Source of the DNA: Convolutriloba macropyga
Lineage: Eukaryota
Direction: 5' to 3'
DNA length: 64,000 nucleotides
Assembly: GCF_964194025.1 (NCBI RefSeq)
Contig: NC_134474.1
Span: forward strand, 51,646,001-51,710,000
Positions 1 through 12,355 of this stretch are shown here, piece after piece. The position numbers and the translations under genes were made by a program. Under the pieces are notes generated by a model, which worked only from the letters and a program-made list of their open reading frames with translations, was not told the origin of the DNA and did no database searches. Within the stretch, counting starts at the first letter, position 1. The number at the start of each line of letters is the position of its first letter.

Positions 1-2110
1 GACAACATATACTCAAAAAATGTTTCTTTGGTCTCACACTAAGAGGAGGGTTGAAAAAACTGCTTCATAGTTGCCAGAAAAGATGCAGAGAGAACACGTG
101 GAAGAAATAGTTTAATAAAGACGGCAATTGACGGACTATGAAATTATACTATGAACCACGATAGTGATTAACCAAGTAATTAAAAAGAGTGCCTTTTAAT
201 TAAACCTATCTTTTTCTTTTAAAACATCAGGATGAATTTGAAATTGAAATTTTCAAAAAGGGTAAGTTCTCTGACATACAGAATTACTTGAAGAGTCTCT
301 CGGAGAATAATTTCATACCAAGTGACATTCGACTCGACAACCAGATAGCACTCACTGATCTTGAAAAGCCGGCCTCTTTAACTGTTACTGTCGATCAGTA
401 TTCGCTTGTTCTAATTATAGAGCGGCTTACACTACCACAAGTCAAAGTGAAGCTTTTCTAATAGGTTTCCACTTTACTAAGCAGGATGTCGAGTACGTTG
501 TACAAAACCTGGATACCCAAAAAGCAAATGGACCCAACAGCATCAGCAAAACTGTCTTTGTATCGTTGGCTTCTCCAATACCTAATTCATTGTACATCCC
601 TTTCAAAACAATAACCAACAAATGTCTTCCCTTTTATTTGGAAAATTAGTGAAGTAGTACCAATCTTCAGGGAGGGAGACCGCCAGCTGACACCTAACTA
701 TCGTCCCATCAGTCTTTCAGCTGGAGTCTCCAAAATACAGGAAAAATTTATCTTTGATAAACAACTTTATTTGATCCTATCACCTCAATTGTCCCCAATG
801 CAACACGGTTTCCGCTTAAAAAGATCCACAGCCAATAACCTCTTTCAATACCTACATCAATTTATTTACGATTCTCAGGACATAACCTACTTACATAGCC
901 TGTACATCGACTTTCAAAAGGCCTTTGACAAGGTAAAGCATGAGCTGCTTCGAGAAATTTTACACTTCTGGAATACAAAAAGCGGGCCTCAGTCATCTTC
1001 CCAGTTACGTTCTGACAGACACCAAAAAGTAAAAGTAAGAACAGGAAACGTCAACTCATATGAACTCTGTGTTTTTAGTGGATTGCCTCAAAGATTGGGC
1101 CCACTTTAGTATACATCAATGACCTTCCTGATTGTGTCATGTCGAAGTAACTATAGATACGCCGGATATTTTAAACAAATCATCTGACGCTCGGAATTGA
1201 TTTCAGAAGAATTTGGCAGTGGTGTGAAAATAACTACATGTCTTTAAAGCGCTGCAAAAGCAAATTGCTTCCCCTAAAAGGCTCGCAAATTATCAATTTT
1301 GGAGAATACAAAATTGTATTGACAGATAAGATAAAAGATCTGGGCTTGATTGTATCGAATAATCTTAGTAGAACAGAACATTGCGGAAATGAATCGCAAA
1401 AGGCACTCAAAGCCCTCCTCAGGTTGAAGCGGATTTTATCAAACACTACTCTTCAGGAATAATAGAAACGCATTCACTAGTTATGTAGTGCCAATTAATA
1501 GCTATGCATCCTCACTGCGGAAGCCCAACAAGTCTGACTTCATTGTATTTGAAAGCGTCCAATGCAAAGTAGTTGTATGGATTCTCGGCACCAATAGTCT
1601 TAGAGTAACAAAAATTCTCTTCTAAAAATTTGCCTCCTACCATTATAACTTTACCAAGAACTTCGTGTGATTCTTCTATTTGCCAAAATGCTGCATGGAA
1701 GCGTTGACTTGAACTGTAGGGACTATATCACAATCCAGGACGTGGGTTGCACACGTGCACAATCAACACGAAACGACAAAGTTTTAGAAAGTGCGAATCT
1801 GATACCTGGATTAGAGCAATTCAACTAGCAAATATCTGCCATGGTTTCTTCAAATGTCACATTATCTTGTATGAACAATACAAGAAGAAACTTCAAAACC
1901 TCTACCAAGAGTTGTTCATCTTGAAATACAATGAAAAAGAGTCCTGCACATAGCAAATACTATGTGGATGTTAAAATTGCAAAGAAATAAATAAACTGAA
2001 CTTGATAAACTTAGACAACAACTAGAAAATGACATATCTATGTACCAGGTTGACCCCCGGATGGGCTTTTTGTTTGTCCAGAAGCCTTTATCAATATATT
2101 GTTATAGCCG
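1..2110 (+). pseudogene. Degenerate non-LTR retrotransposon (CR1/L2/Jockey-group-like) ORF2 RT and 3' end
   Basis: Across frames: KANGPNSIS (~520), WKISEVVPIFREGDRQLTPNYRPISLSAGVSKIQEK (~640-745), QHGFR, LYIDFQKAFDKVKH, SGLPQ-LGPL and KDLGLIV. Many frameshifts and stops. Both boundaries are approximate. Confidence 0.85.
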
Positions 2111-2299
2111 TAAATTGTTGAGTATAGCTGCAATAAGGGCGTCCATGCCGTATAATACAAATGCAAACAGATACATGAGTTGATGAAGTTATTGATGCCG
2201 CCGACGAATCTATTAAGCCACTTAAGGTTACTATCGACAGCTTTCAAGGTCAATGACGGACTCTGTTAAATTGACATCGAACGAAGTTTGAAGACATTT

Positions 2300-3620
2300 T
2301 TTTGTAAACGTGCGTGTCTCAGCCAAATTTTTCGCTTGACCGTTTTTACGCTTTTGTTCTGAAACCTTCTTTGATTTTTCAAGTGACTTTTTCACGCTTG
2401 TCCTCTCCATTTTTGAGTGATCTCAATTGGTCTCTCTTCGAAATTAAGTTTGTTGCTAATTTAAAGGCGGTTTTGACTTAGGAAATCACAAGTGTCTGGT
2501 AAACGAGTGATCAATTCTTCTGTCGAGGACTCCGGAGGTTAGGGTTTCGAAGCCCTCTGCGGTCGGATGTTTTGGCACCCACTGAAAAAATACCTAGGCT
2601 GCAGACCCTGAATTAAATTTCCTTGCCTGTCATTCGAGAGCGATTTGTTCTGTCCGACGTTAGTCGGTCTATTTTTTTTCATTGTTGACTGATTCTAAGT
2701 AATAGTACATACTTTTGCTGGTTCAATTTGATTACTTTTCCGGGCAGAGTTGAAATGGCCGTGTCAAAACGGAGCCCGACTTTTTTCAAGGGGGCTTGGT
2801 TTTTGAATTGTTCTCAAGCAACGTTTGGAGCAATTTTTGTACACATCTTATACAAAATGTTTGCTTGGCCGTTTTTGTAGTAGAACAATCTCGTTAAAAT
2901 AAATTTTTTAATGCTTGTTTTATATTTCAATTGCCCGATTCAATTGTTCTCATTCTGAAATGAAATTTGTTTCTAAAATAAAAGCGATTTTGAGGGATGG
3001 AGTATCGAGGTCGTTATAGCTTAATGTTTAGGATGACAAACCCGTAAAAAGTTTATAATCTACACTGCCTCTAAATTAAATTGCCACTGTCTGTCCTTCC
3101 AGCGTTGTTTATCTGACGTAAGTCGGTTTATGTTTATACAACCTAAACAAAATGAAGTGTCTTCTCAATTATCTATTTGATATTTTTTGACAAAAGTAGT
3201 TGAAAATTTTTCACGACCAGTTCTTATTAATTGCTCTCGAAAAAGGTCTGGATTTTTATGTAAAATTTGCGCCTAACCAGTTTTGAGCTTTGGTTCTATA
3301 GCATTCTTTGACTTCTCAAGTGACGTTTTCAAGCTTTTCTTCATTTTTGAGTGATCTCAACTGCTCTCCTTCCGAAGTAAATGTTTGTGCTTAAATAAAA
3401 GCGGTTACAATATAGGAAATTCAGGGGCCTGATATCCGAGTGGTGAATGGTTCTGTCGAGGACTCCGGAGGTCGGGGGTTTTAATTTGACCTGGTCGGAC
3501 GTTTTTTGCACCCATAAACGAAAATTTATCTAGGCTTCAGCCATTGAAGTAAACTGCCTCGCCTGTCGTTCAAGAGCAATTTGTCCGACGTTAGTCGGTT
3601 TATGTATTCAAAAATTACGC
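2300..3620 (+). repeat. Two diverged copies (~0.9 kb apart) of an interspersed repeat with a tRNA-like (SINE-like) head
   Basis: ttttgagtgatctcaa...tctgtcgaggactccggaggt...ggtcgga...gcaccca...gtccgacgttagtcggt occurs at ~2410-2670 and ~3345-3600. A-box-like tggtaaacgagtg and B-box-like ggtttcgaagccc are present in copy 1. Confidence 0.55.
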
Positions 3621-4594
3621 TTGGTTTTAAAATATTGGATCTAGAATTTTTAAATAGCTGCGATTGCTGAGCGGAGCTATTATTACTCGTTTTTTCGTCG
3701 TCAGGTTTTTGTTGCAACCGTATGACTTCACGCTCAGTTCGAGTCAGCTCTTGATTGCTCCGCGTATTTTTTGTGACTGAATTGCGTGCCTGGGTTCATT
3801 TTAACATCACTTGGATGAACTTTCTTCACGTGAACAATTTTTTTTTGGTCTCGCGTGACTTACCGCACTCCCAAAACGATTTTTCCTCTATCTCAAATTG
3901 ATTCTTGCTCACTTTAATTAGAGGAGTCGAGGCCAATTTAGGATATCCTATTTTACATGAAGTTTATTTGAAGGCAGCTTCACAGTATATCAATTACAGC
4001 AATAAAAGCTTTAATTTTCAAATTTGTTTAGTCTGTTTTTTTGTATTTGGTTTTTGAGACTACCGCTCTATTTTTTGGCAATCTGTCGGCTATGTTTACA
4101 ATTGCTCAATGATTTCCTATTGGTTTTGTTATAGAGCATTTCACTGTCATGAATGGTACATTTGGTAGGAGTTTCCTGCTCATTAAATTGATTGAGATAC
4201 CACAATAAATTTTTGATTTTCCAATATGAAGTTTCTTGCAAATGTTTGCATCGACTTCATACTGATTTTCCCCGGCACCAGTGTCTTGGAAGATCTTGGG
4301 CAACAAAAAACTATCTTTCTCAGTTAACCGCGAAGCTGTTAGCTGAGCGTAGCTGTAATGCGTGGGTCTTGGTTTTTGTTTCGTTGTCTGAACCTTGTTT
4401 TTCTTTTTATTGTTTTTCGCAAACCCTCAAAACAGCGATTTTGTTCATAATTTTATGCCGCTCTGCAGCTGCTTGTATGTGTGTGTGACATCGTTTGTTG
4501 CACTCAACAGCAGTGCGTTTTAGCTGAATTGCGTTATTTTTTAATCTTGAGTTACCCCAATCTGTAAGTGACTTTCAATATTAGTAAACTCAGT

Positions 4595-4799
4595 TGTCAA
4601 AGACACTGTGACTTCTTGTTAGCAAAAGCCCGGCATATGACAACAATCATAATCATCAAACTGGACGGAAGAAGCTGACTTCCAAAAACTGTAACATTAA
4701 AATCAAGCGAAACAAAACACAACTGAATTACATTATTAATCAAAACCGTTCCGAAATCATAAGATCTAATTAACCCCATCCTTCCCTTATTCAATAACA
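4595..4799 (+). repeat. 5' LTR of BEL/Pao element (205 bp)
   Basis: tgtcaa...aataaca. About 7 substitutions versus the 3' LTR (~96-97% identity). Confidence 0.97.
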
Positions 4800-4803
4800 T
4801 TTT

Positions 4804-4820
4804 TGGCACCCAACCCAACA
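4804..4820 (+). promoter_or_regulatory. Putative primer-binding site of BEL element
   Basis: tggcacccaac lies a few nt after the 5' LTR. The TGG start complements tRNA CCA, and the sequence resembles the tRNA-Lys-type TGGCGCCCAAC. Confidence 0.6.
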
Positions 4821-5044
4821 GTTTCAAAACCACACCTAAAGCTAAGTATTGTTTTAAAAAAAATACATTTCCCAATGAGCTAGACCGATGTGCACAATGA
4901 TTTTTTCAATGTTTCAGAATATCTAAAGATCAGAAATTACACCTATATCAAAACACTCTGACTATGGTGGGGTAATTACACAACACACAAAGACAAATCG
5001 ATAAAGATAAACATTGCAACTTTATAGATTTCAATAAAGTTTTA

Positions 5045-5690
5045 TTACTTCTTTCCGGTTCTTCTGGGGTTTTACCCACCCCAAGTACCCCCTTCTGGTT
5101 GGTCGTTTCCCCAACCCCCCGCCTTCTTTCTGGTTATTCTGGGGTTTTACCACCCCGAGGACCCCCTTCTGGTTGGTCCTTTCCCCAACCCCCCGCCTTC
5201 TTTCCGGTTCTTCTGGGTTTTTACCCACCCCAAGGACCCCCTTCTGGTTGGTCGTTTCCCCAACGCCCCGCCTTCTTTCTGGTTCTTCTGGGTTTTTACC
5301 CACCCCAAGGACCCCCTTCTGGTTGGTCGTTTCCCCAACGCCCCGCCTTCTTTCTGGTTCTTCTGGGGTTTTACCCACCCCAAGGACCCCCTTCTGGTTG
5401 GTCGTTTCCCCAACCCCCCGCCTTCTTTCCGGTTCTTCTGGGGTTTTACCCACCCCAAGGACTCCTTCTGGTTAGTCGTTTCCCCAATCCCCCGCCTTCT
5501 TTCTGGTTCTTCTGGGGTTTTACCCACCCCAAGGACCCCTTCCGGTCGGTCGTTTCCCCAACCCCCCGCCTTCTTTCCGGTTCTTCTGGAGTTTTACCCA
5601 CCCCAAGCACCCCCTTTTGGTTGGTCGTTTCCCCAACCCCCCGCCTTCCCAGTTTTTCTGGGGTTTTACCCGCCCCAAGGACTTCTTCTG
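5045..5690. repeat. 75-bp minisatellite, ~8.5 copies, in the BEL 5' leader
   Basis: ttacccacccc recurs at 5221, 5296, 5371 and onward. The translated period is 25 aa (GKTPEEPERRRGVGETTNQKGVLGV). Confidence 0.95.
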
Positions 5691-5711
5691 TTTGGTCATG
5701 TTGAGTTTCAA

Positions 5712-6005
5712 GCTTTTGGTAGGTATTGGTTTTGGTAGGTATTGGTAGGTTCCAACTTTTGGTAGGTATTGGTTTTGTTAGGTATTGTTAGGTTCCGGTT
5801 TTTGGTAGGTATTGGTTTTTGGTAGGTTCCGGCTTTTGGTAGGTATTCTTAGGTTCCGGTATTTGGTAGGTATTGGTTCTGGTAGATATTGGTAGTTTCC
5901 AGCTTTCGGTAGGTATTGGTAGGTTCCGATATCTAGTAGGTATTTGGTAGGTATTGGTTTTGGTTCTAACACTCGTAAGGCATTGATATCGATAGGTATT
6001 AGTAG
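5712..6005. repeat. Short degenerate tandem array of ttttggtaggtattggt / ggtaggttccg units
   Basis: Repeated ggtaggtatt and ggtaggttcc words. Confidence 0.85.
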
Positions 6006-6131
6006 TTTCTGGCTGTAAAAACTACTACTGTTACCACCAAACATTCCTGATTTTACTCGGATTGTGTGAACTACTCTGACTTCTCATTAACGGTCGAGAC
6101 GAGGTCAACCTCAAACAATACAGTGCCCAAA

Positions 6132-8933
6132 ATGAGTACTAGTTCATCCGATTCCCCAGATGGAGCAATGTTAACTCAACAATCCATTGGTACCTCAACA
6201 GCAACCAAGTCAAATGAACAGAAGCGTTTGGAAACCTCTAAACTTATGATCGAAGATGACATCAAACTACATACTGACTGCCACTACCTTATTGCTGCTA
6301 TAGAGTCCTCAGAAGATATCGAAACTTTAGAGGAAACAGTTATTGAAGTTAGGGAAATGCAACAGAAGCTTGAACCAGTTGTCATTGACCTAATCAGTGG
6401 TTTGGAGCCTGATGAACAAGATATTATGTCCAGAGAACCAAGCCGTTTGAAGATAGACATAAAACGGACTCTGACATTATTCAGAAAACATATTGAAGAG
6501 AAAAAGACGCCTCTTCAGCAAACGTCATGGGGTGGATTATCCTTGTACTCCAATGAGAACATAGAAACACATGACAACACCTTGCCACATTTAAAACAAC
6601 GTTCCACTCATTCTGTCTTTGACGACACTCTTTCAATTGACCGCACCACTCAAAACAACACGTCAGCGCCCGCTGAGAATTCCCGTTTTGTCAGTTATGG
6701 TTATACTGCACCCGGTGGTACAACTATACCTGTCAACAACACTTATTTCACCTCAAATTTTAAGATATCGGCTGCACCCTGCAGTGCGCCACAGCAATCG
6801 TTCTCAACTTTTCCTTTCGGATTTCCAACTGATAGCAACTCACTAGGACAAAATAATTCTTTTCCATTAACACAGTCAAAGTTCAGTAATTTTCCAAACA
6901 CATCAGTTACGCAGACGCCATTTGCTTCTTCACACAATGTCTCAATGTCTACTTGCTTTCGAATATCCGTACCCAAGTTGCACGCGGACCATTTTGATGG
7001 TGATCCATTAAGCTGGACGAAATGGTACAGCATTTTTCAAGCTACTATTGACAGAGCACCAATGACATCATCTGAAAAAATGATTCACCTACAATCACTT
7101 TTAACAGGTGAAGCGAACGCCCTCGTCGACAGCTATGGTTGCAACGGTGAGTTATACGCTTCTGCAGTTCATCGCCTTCAAGAACACTTTGGGAATCCAA
7201 AGCGAATTGTAAACGATTTCCTTGAGAAATTGAATAGATTCAAATCACCCAATTTATCCCATCCAGAGAGCTACACACACTTCTCTTCCTTTCTTTTGAC
7301 AATGGTGGATACTTTTCAGCAACTTGGATTCGTTCACGACCTTCATTCAACTACGAACCTGAATGTGGCGCTAGCAAAATTGCCCAATTCCGTACGTCTT
7401 GAGTGGAACAAATTTGTGCTAGAAAAGGACTTCCAGCAACCATCTCTACAGATACTCTCTGATTGGCTTCTGCACTACTCCAAAGCATGTCGAGATTTAA
7501 ACTCTAGCCCCCAAACTTTTCAATCAAGCCACGCACAATCGTCCTGGAAAATTTCTCCAAGTGTACCAAACTCCACAGCAGCTACAAGTGGATGGAAAAA
7601 CAATCAATATAAACAGTCAACTAGCAGCTCTAGCAGGAACTCGGTAGTTGAAGGCAGGCAACCCACTGTGAAAATTTGCCCAAGCAATGAAAGCTGCCAA
7701 TTCCTATACAAGTGTACCCACTTCCAAGCTCTCTCAGCAAGCATTCGCAGAGAGCACATAAGAAAACTTAGATTATGTTTCAACTGTTTTGGAAACCATC
7801 ACGTGGAAAAGTGCATCTCCAAAAACGTTTGCCGTAGCAAAAATTGCGGTATGAAACACCACTCTCTATTGCACAATAGTTTTGCTATTAAGTCAGGTTC
7901 AAAAAAATCTAATGTGAAAACTTTAAATTTACAAGGAACAGGACAGGTAGCTGTTGTTCCTGTACAACTCAAAAACGGTGATAAAGTTTTGGATACTTAT
8001 GCTTATTTGGACGATGGCAGTTGCCAAAGCTTGTTGCTGAGGTCAACTGCAACAAATCTGAACTTAAGCATGAATACCATTGGCAAAATGCCAATTAGTG
8101 GCTATCATATGACTAAAGAAATTGATTGTGCACCTGTAAAACTTCAAATTAGGCCCTTACAAGGGGAACAGTCATTCGAACAAATAGACGTTGTGGCCGT
8201 TCCAGATCTCAATATGTCACCCGTAGATACAAAGAAACTTAATCATCTCTGTGATTCGTTTGAACACCTCAACCATATATGTTTCCCAGACATAGGGGAC
8301 AATAATGTTTCCATCATTCTCGGAATTGACAATCTAGATCTGATACACTACAAACAAATAGTTAAAGGACCCAAGAATGCACCATGGGGAGTTGAAACCC
8401 AACTTGGTTGGACATGTGCTGGAAAAACTGATTTAATCCCAGATGATTGCAATCCAGTTCAGTTCAGTCAACTAAACAGCCATCCTAATATGGACAACAG
8501 TATGTTCAAGTTGGTCTCCAATTGGATGAAAATTGAAAACTTAGGCATAGCATCATCCAAGAAAGCAATGTCTAAAAATGACAAAAGAGCCCTTGATATT
8601 TTACAAAGTACCACTAAACTCGTCAATGGTCATTATGAATTTGGTCTTCTCTGGAAAGAGAAGGCCGATCTCCCAAATAACAGATGGCTTGCGGAGAAAC
8701 AGCTTTATCAGCTCAACAAAAAACTTCCAAACAATCCATTATTAAAGCACAAATACGAGGAAACGCTAGAAAAAGACTTGAAGAACGGCTATGTCAAAAA
8801 AATTAATCAAATAAAAGAACAACCAGATGAAAAAATTTTCCTTCATCACCCCATGACTAATGAGAACAAACCTGGAAAAGTACGCCGTGTCGCTAATGCA
8901 TCAAGTGTTTCAAGGTCAGTCCTTAAATTCTAA
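6132..8933 (+). CDS. gag: BEL/Pao Gag-protease-start of RT (intact ~930-aa stretch)
   Basis: DUF1759-like VPKLHADHFDGDPLSWTKW, Cys/His knuckles CFNCFGNHHVEKC and CRSKNCGMKHHSLLH, protease YAYLDDGS, TQLGWTCAG, GHYEFGLLWKE, KPGKVRRV. Confidence 0.93.
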   Translation: MSTSSSDSPDGAMLTQQSIGTSTATKSNEQKRLETSKLMIEDDIKLHTDCHYLIAAIESSEDIETLEETVIEVREMQQKLEPVVIDLISGLEPDEQDIMSREPSRLKIDIKRTLTLFRKHIEEKKTPLQQTSWGGLSLYSNENIETHDNTLPHLKQRSTHSVFDDTLSIDRTTQNNTSAPAENSRFVSYGYTAPGGTTIPVNNTYFTSNFKISAAPCSAPQQSFSTFPFGFPTDSNSLGQNNSFPLTQSKFSNFPNTSVTQTPFASSHNVSMSTCFRISVPKLHADHFDGDPLSWTKWYSIFQATIDRAPMTSSEKMIHLQSLLTGEANALVDSYGCNGELYASAVHRLQEHFGNPKRIVNDFLEKLNRFKSPNLSHPESYTHFSSFLLTMVDTFQQLGFVHDLHSTTNLNVALAKLPNSVRLEWNKFVLEKDFQQPSLQILSDWLLHYSKACRDLNSSPQTFQSSHAQSSWKISPSVPNSTAATSGWKNNQYKQSTSSSSRNSVVEGRQPTVKICPSNESCQFLYKCTHFQALSASIRREHIRKLRLCFNCFGNHHVEKCISKNVCRSKNCGMKHHSLLHNSFAIKSGSKKSNVKTLNLQGTGQVAVVPVQLKNGDKVLDTYAYLDDGSCQSLLLRSTATNLNLSMNTIGKMPISGYHMTKEIDCAPVKLQIRPLQGEQSFEQIDVVAVPDLNMSPVDTKKLNHLCDSFEHLNHICFPDIGDNNVSIILGIDNLDLIHYKQIVKGPKNAPWGVETQLGWTCAGKTDLIPDDCNPVQFSQLNSHPNMDNSMFKLVSNWMKIENLGIASSKKAMSKNDKRALDILQSTTKLVNGHYEFGLLWKEKADLPNNRWLAEKQLYQLNKKLPNNPLLKHKYEETLEKDLKNGYVKKINQIKEQPDEKIFLHHPMTNENKPGKVRRVANASSVSRSVLKF

Positions 8934-11685
8934 TCTTCTGAAAGGTTCAGATTTGCTAAGCAATCTTACCGGTGTAATTTTGAGATTCCGGGAGAACAAA
9001 ATAGCGCTTTCCGCTAAAATCGAACAATTCCTACGCTTCCTTTGGAACAATGATGGTCGTATTGAAACTTACGAGTACACCAGTCACATTTTTGGAGCCA
9101 CAGACTCACCATGTATTGCCTCATATTCATATGCTTTGCGAAAAACTGCTCGTGACAACGAAGAACAGTTTCCAGAATTTCGCAAATATGTAGAACGCAA
9201 CATTTACATGGATGATCTCTATATTTCCACAAATTCACTCGAAGGTGCTCAAAAAATACTGCAAGGAATGAGAAATGTTCTCTCTAAAGGAGGTTTCAAC
9301 CTAACCAAATGGAACTCAAACAGTCCTCAATTTCTAAATTCAGTTGAAGCTAAAATAAGATTACATCCAGACAACGCTCTCCCTCAGAAACAAAAGGTAC
9401 TTGGTTTACCATGGAACGCAGCATTAGATTGCTATGTGATTGAAAGTAAACTACTACAAAAAATTCAGATTACAGGCAATATAACTCAAGTTGGCGGCTT
9501 CTTTGTTTGATCCCCTTGGGTTCATTGCGCCTCTTACAATTCGTCTACGAAAAGTTTTACAAGCCACCTGGAACCATGGTCCAAAATGGGACAAACCCCT
9601 TTTACTCGATAACATCCAGGATTTCAGTAAGTTAAGGGAAGAAAATCCGGCATTTAAGGACGTCGAAATTCCTAGGAATTATTTCCTAGACAAAACTATG
9701 AGCTCAATTGAGCTTCACACCTTTACTGACGCTTCGGAATACGCTCTATCTGCCGTCTCGTACATGCGAATTGAGTACTCGGATCGATCGATCTCCGTTA
9801 AATATGTAATGGGCAAGGCTCGTGTCGCCCCAATAAAAAGGATGACTATCCCCAACCTGGAATTGCAAGCCGCTGTATATGGAGCTCAATTAGCCCAGTT
9901 TATAAAAGAAGACCAAGATATAGAGTATTCAGATTGTGTTTTTTGGTCTGACAGCCAGCACTACAGTCTTGTACTGGCTGAGAACACCTGAAATGCGCCA
10001 TAGAGTATTTGTTGCAAATCGAATAGCCAAAATTCTTGATGTCTCCTCCGCTTTCGATTGGAAGTACGTTTCATCCACATCTAACCCTGCAGATGACGGA
10101 ACTCGAGGATATAGCGTTGAGCAAATGACATCAAAGTCTCGATGGTTTTCAGGACCGTCATTTTTGAGTCAAAGAAGATCTGAGATCGGAAACAAGAAAT
10201 TTTGCATGCCCAACAAGTAAAGGTTATTTCGTTTTCTTCGGTTAACTCAACTGTATCGAACATTGTCGACGTGACAAGATTTAGCAGTTGGAACAAAATA
10301 ATACGTGTGATAGCACTCTGTATCCTTTTTGCGGACAAGTGTAGGAAACGACACGCAGAAATGAAGTTAGCACATTTCACTAGAGCTTATCTGCATGTTA
10401 TTCACAATATTCAGAGACAAGATTTTAACTCAGAATACATGTTGTTGAAAAAAGGAAGTGAGGTCTCTAGTACTAGCCGATTGAAATCACTATCACCTTT
10501 CCTAGACGAGAATAACCAACTAAGAGCACGTGGTTGATTGGCAAAAGCAAGTCTTCTGATGACCGCTCGTCATCACATAATATTTGACGGTAACAATGCT
10601 GCAGTTAAGCTACTGGTACAACACACACACGAAACTAATTGTCATTGTGGATACTTCGCTTTAGAGCAGTTGTTAAACAGACTATACGCCACTGTCTGCC
10701 ATGTCGTAGAATGCAGCAGGATGTTAGCAACCCCCAGATGGCTGATTTACCCAAGGAAAGATTACCCGAGAAAAATCAGTTCGTCTTTGAAACAACTGGT
10801 CTCGATTTCATAGGACCTTTTCCTGTTAAAAACAAGTGCAGGTTATCTAGTCGATATATTTTGCTCTTCACCTGTCTTGTTGTTAGAACAGTTCATCTTG
10901 AAGTTTCAAATGATCTCACAACAGACTCTACAATCAACTGCATCAGGCGTTTTATTAGCCGCAGAGGAAAACCCAACAAATTCGTCTCAGATTGTGGCAA
11001 GTCATTTGTTGGTTCAAACAACGTTCTGCAATCTAGCATTGTAGAACTGAAGGAATCAAAGTTATTGGCAGCTAAGCTACATTCAATGAATGCGGAGATA
11101 GATTGGAAATTTAATACCCCAGCTGCTCCCTATTTCGGTGGAATATGGGAGAGATTGGTACAAATTTTTAAACTATCACTTTACAAGGTCATGGGTTCGA
11201 GAACTTTAACTGACGAAATTCTGAGTACTGTTTCTTGTGAAATAGAAGCAAGCATGTACTCCAGGCCTCTCACAAATGTTCCATATGACATAAACGACCC
11301 CTTACCACTGACTCCAAATCATTTTCTCCTAGGTCGTTCATCCGTTAACTTGTCTCCTTGCGTCTTCATTGGTAAAAAGTAGAACCTTTCAAAAGGTTGG
11401 CGTTCATCACAACAAATTGCATATCATTTTTGGAATCGCTTCCTACGGGAGTATTTACCAACTCAACAAGTACGATGTAAATAGCGTAAGACGTCGAAAA
11501 ATTTACAGGTTGACGACTTGGTATGGATTCTAGAAGACTTCACCCCCCGTGGCCTCTGGCCTTTGGCTAGAGTCATTCAAGTTTTCCCTGTCATAGACGG
11601 GATTGTCAGATCAGTTAAACTGAAGACGTCATTCGGAGAACGCGTTAGACCCGTTGTGAAACTGAGCAAAGTTTTCTCAGAATGA
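8860..11685 (+). pseudogene. pol: BEL/Pao pol: RT, RNase H (A17 family), integrase, DUF5641-like tail; multiply frameshifted
   Basis: FGATDSP, IYMDDLY, GGFNLTKW, FDPLG, LHTFTDASEYA, TIPNLELQAA, NPADDGTRG, GLDFIGPF, SDCGKSF, GGIWERLV, PLTPNHFLLG, FWNRFLREYL. Confidence 0.95.
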
Positions 11686-12150
11686 AACCCAATTTTCGAC
11701 TTAAACAAGTCAGTCTCTCTAAAGACAGGCATTTTAGGGACAACAATTTGCCCTTCTGAAACAAAAGTGCTAGCTCATATTTTCATTGCTGATCAACACG
11801 TTTTACCCTCTTTCATTGTGGATTGTCATTTACAAACCAGCAGATCGAATCTTTATGTTCCATTGATCATCCCTTATCAACAGCCCATTTCAACTTATTG
11901 GTTTTATTTTCTCGCAGGTCTAAGACCCACCCCTCTTACTTTCCTTTGACAATGGAGGTATTTTGGTTAGTATTTCCGATTAATGATTTGGTTGGCTCGT
12001 TTTTACGAACCACCAGCTTTAATTTGTACCCTTATATTTCATTACAGTCAATTTTTAATTTACTTCCTGTTTCAACTTTACGGATGATTCAATACGCTGC
12101 AATCCGACAGTTTTATTCTTTCTTTGCAATCCTGCAAATGGCGACGGCGA

Positions 12151-12355
12151 TGTCAAGGACACTGTGACTTCTCGTTAGCAAAAGCCCGGCATATGACAAC
12201 AATCATAATCATCAAACTGGACGGAAGTAGCTGACTTCCAAAAACTGTAACAACAAAATCAAGCGAAACAAAACATAACTGAATTACATTATTAATCAAA
12301 ACCGTTCCGAAATCATAAGATCTAATTAACCCCATCCTTCTCTTATTCAATAACA
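12151..12355 (+). repeat. 3' LTR of BEL/Pao element
   Basis: Copy of 4595-4799. Preceded by purine-rich aaatggcgacggcga and followed by TSD tcagt. Confidence 0.97.

Larger units (their letters stand above)
4595..12355 (+). mobile_element. Full-length BEL/Pao LTR retrotransposon (7.76 kb) with frameshifted pol
   Basis: Paired TG...CA LTRs, 5-bp TSD TCAGT (4590-4594 and 12356-12360), and gag-PR-RT-RH-IN order with BEL-type motifs. Confidence 0.97.

Noticed and set aside
5031-6044. Several 60-200-aa ORFs, or a CRISPR-like array, in the repeat region
   Set aside because: These are head-to-tail 75-bp units with no unique spacers and no cas genes. The ORFs are by-products of a stop-poor 3n repeat.
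7995-8025. Protease active site DDG instead of DSG/DTG
   Set aside because: Variation at this position is common in BEL/Pao proteases.
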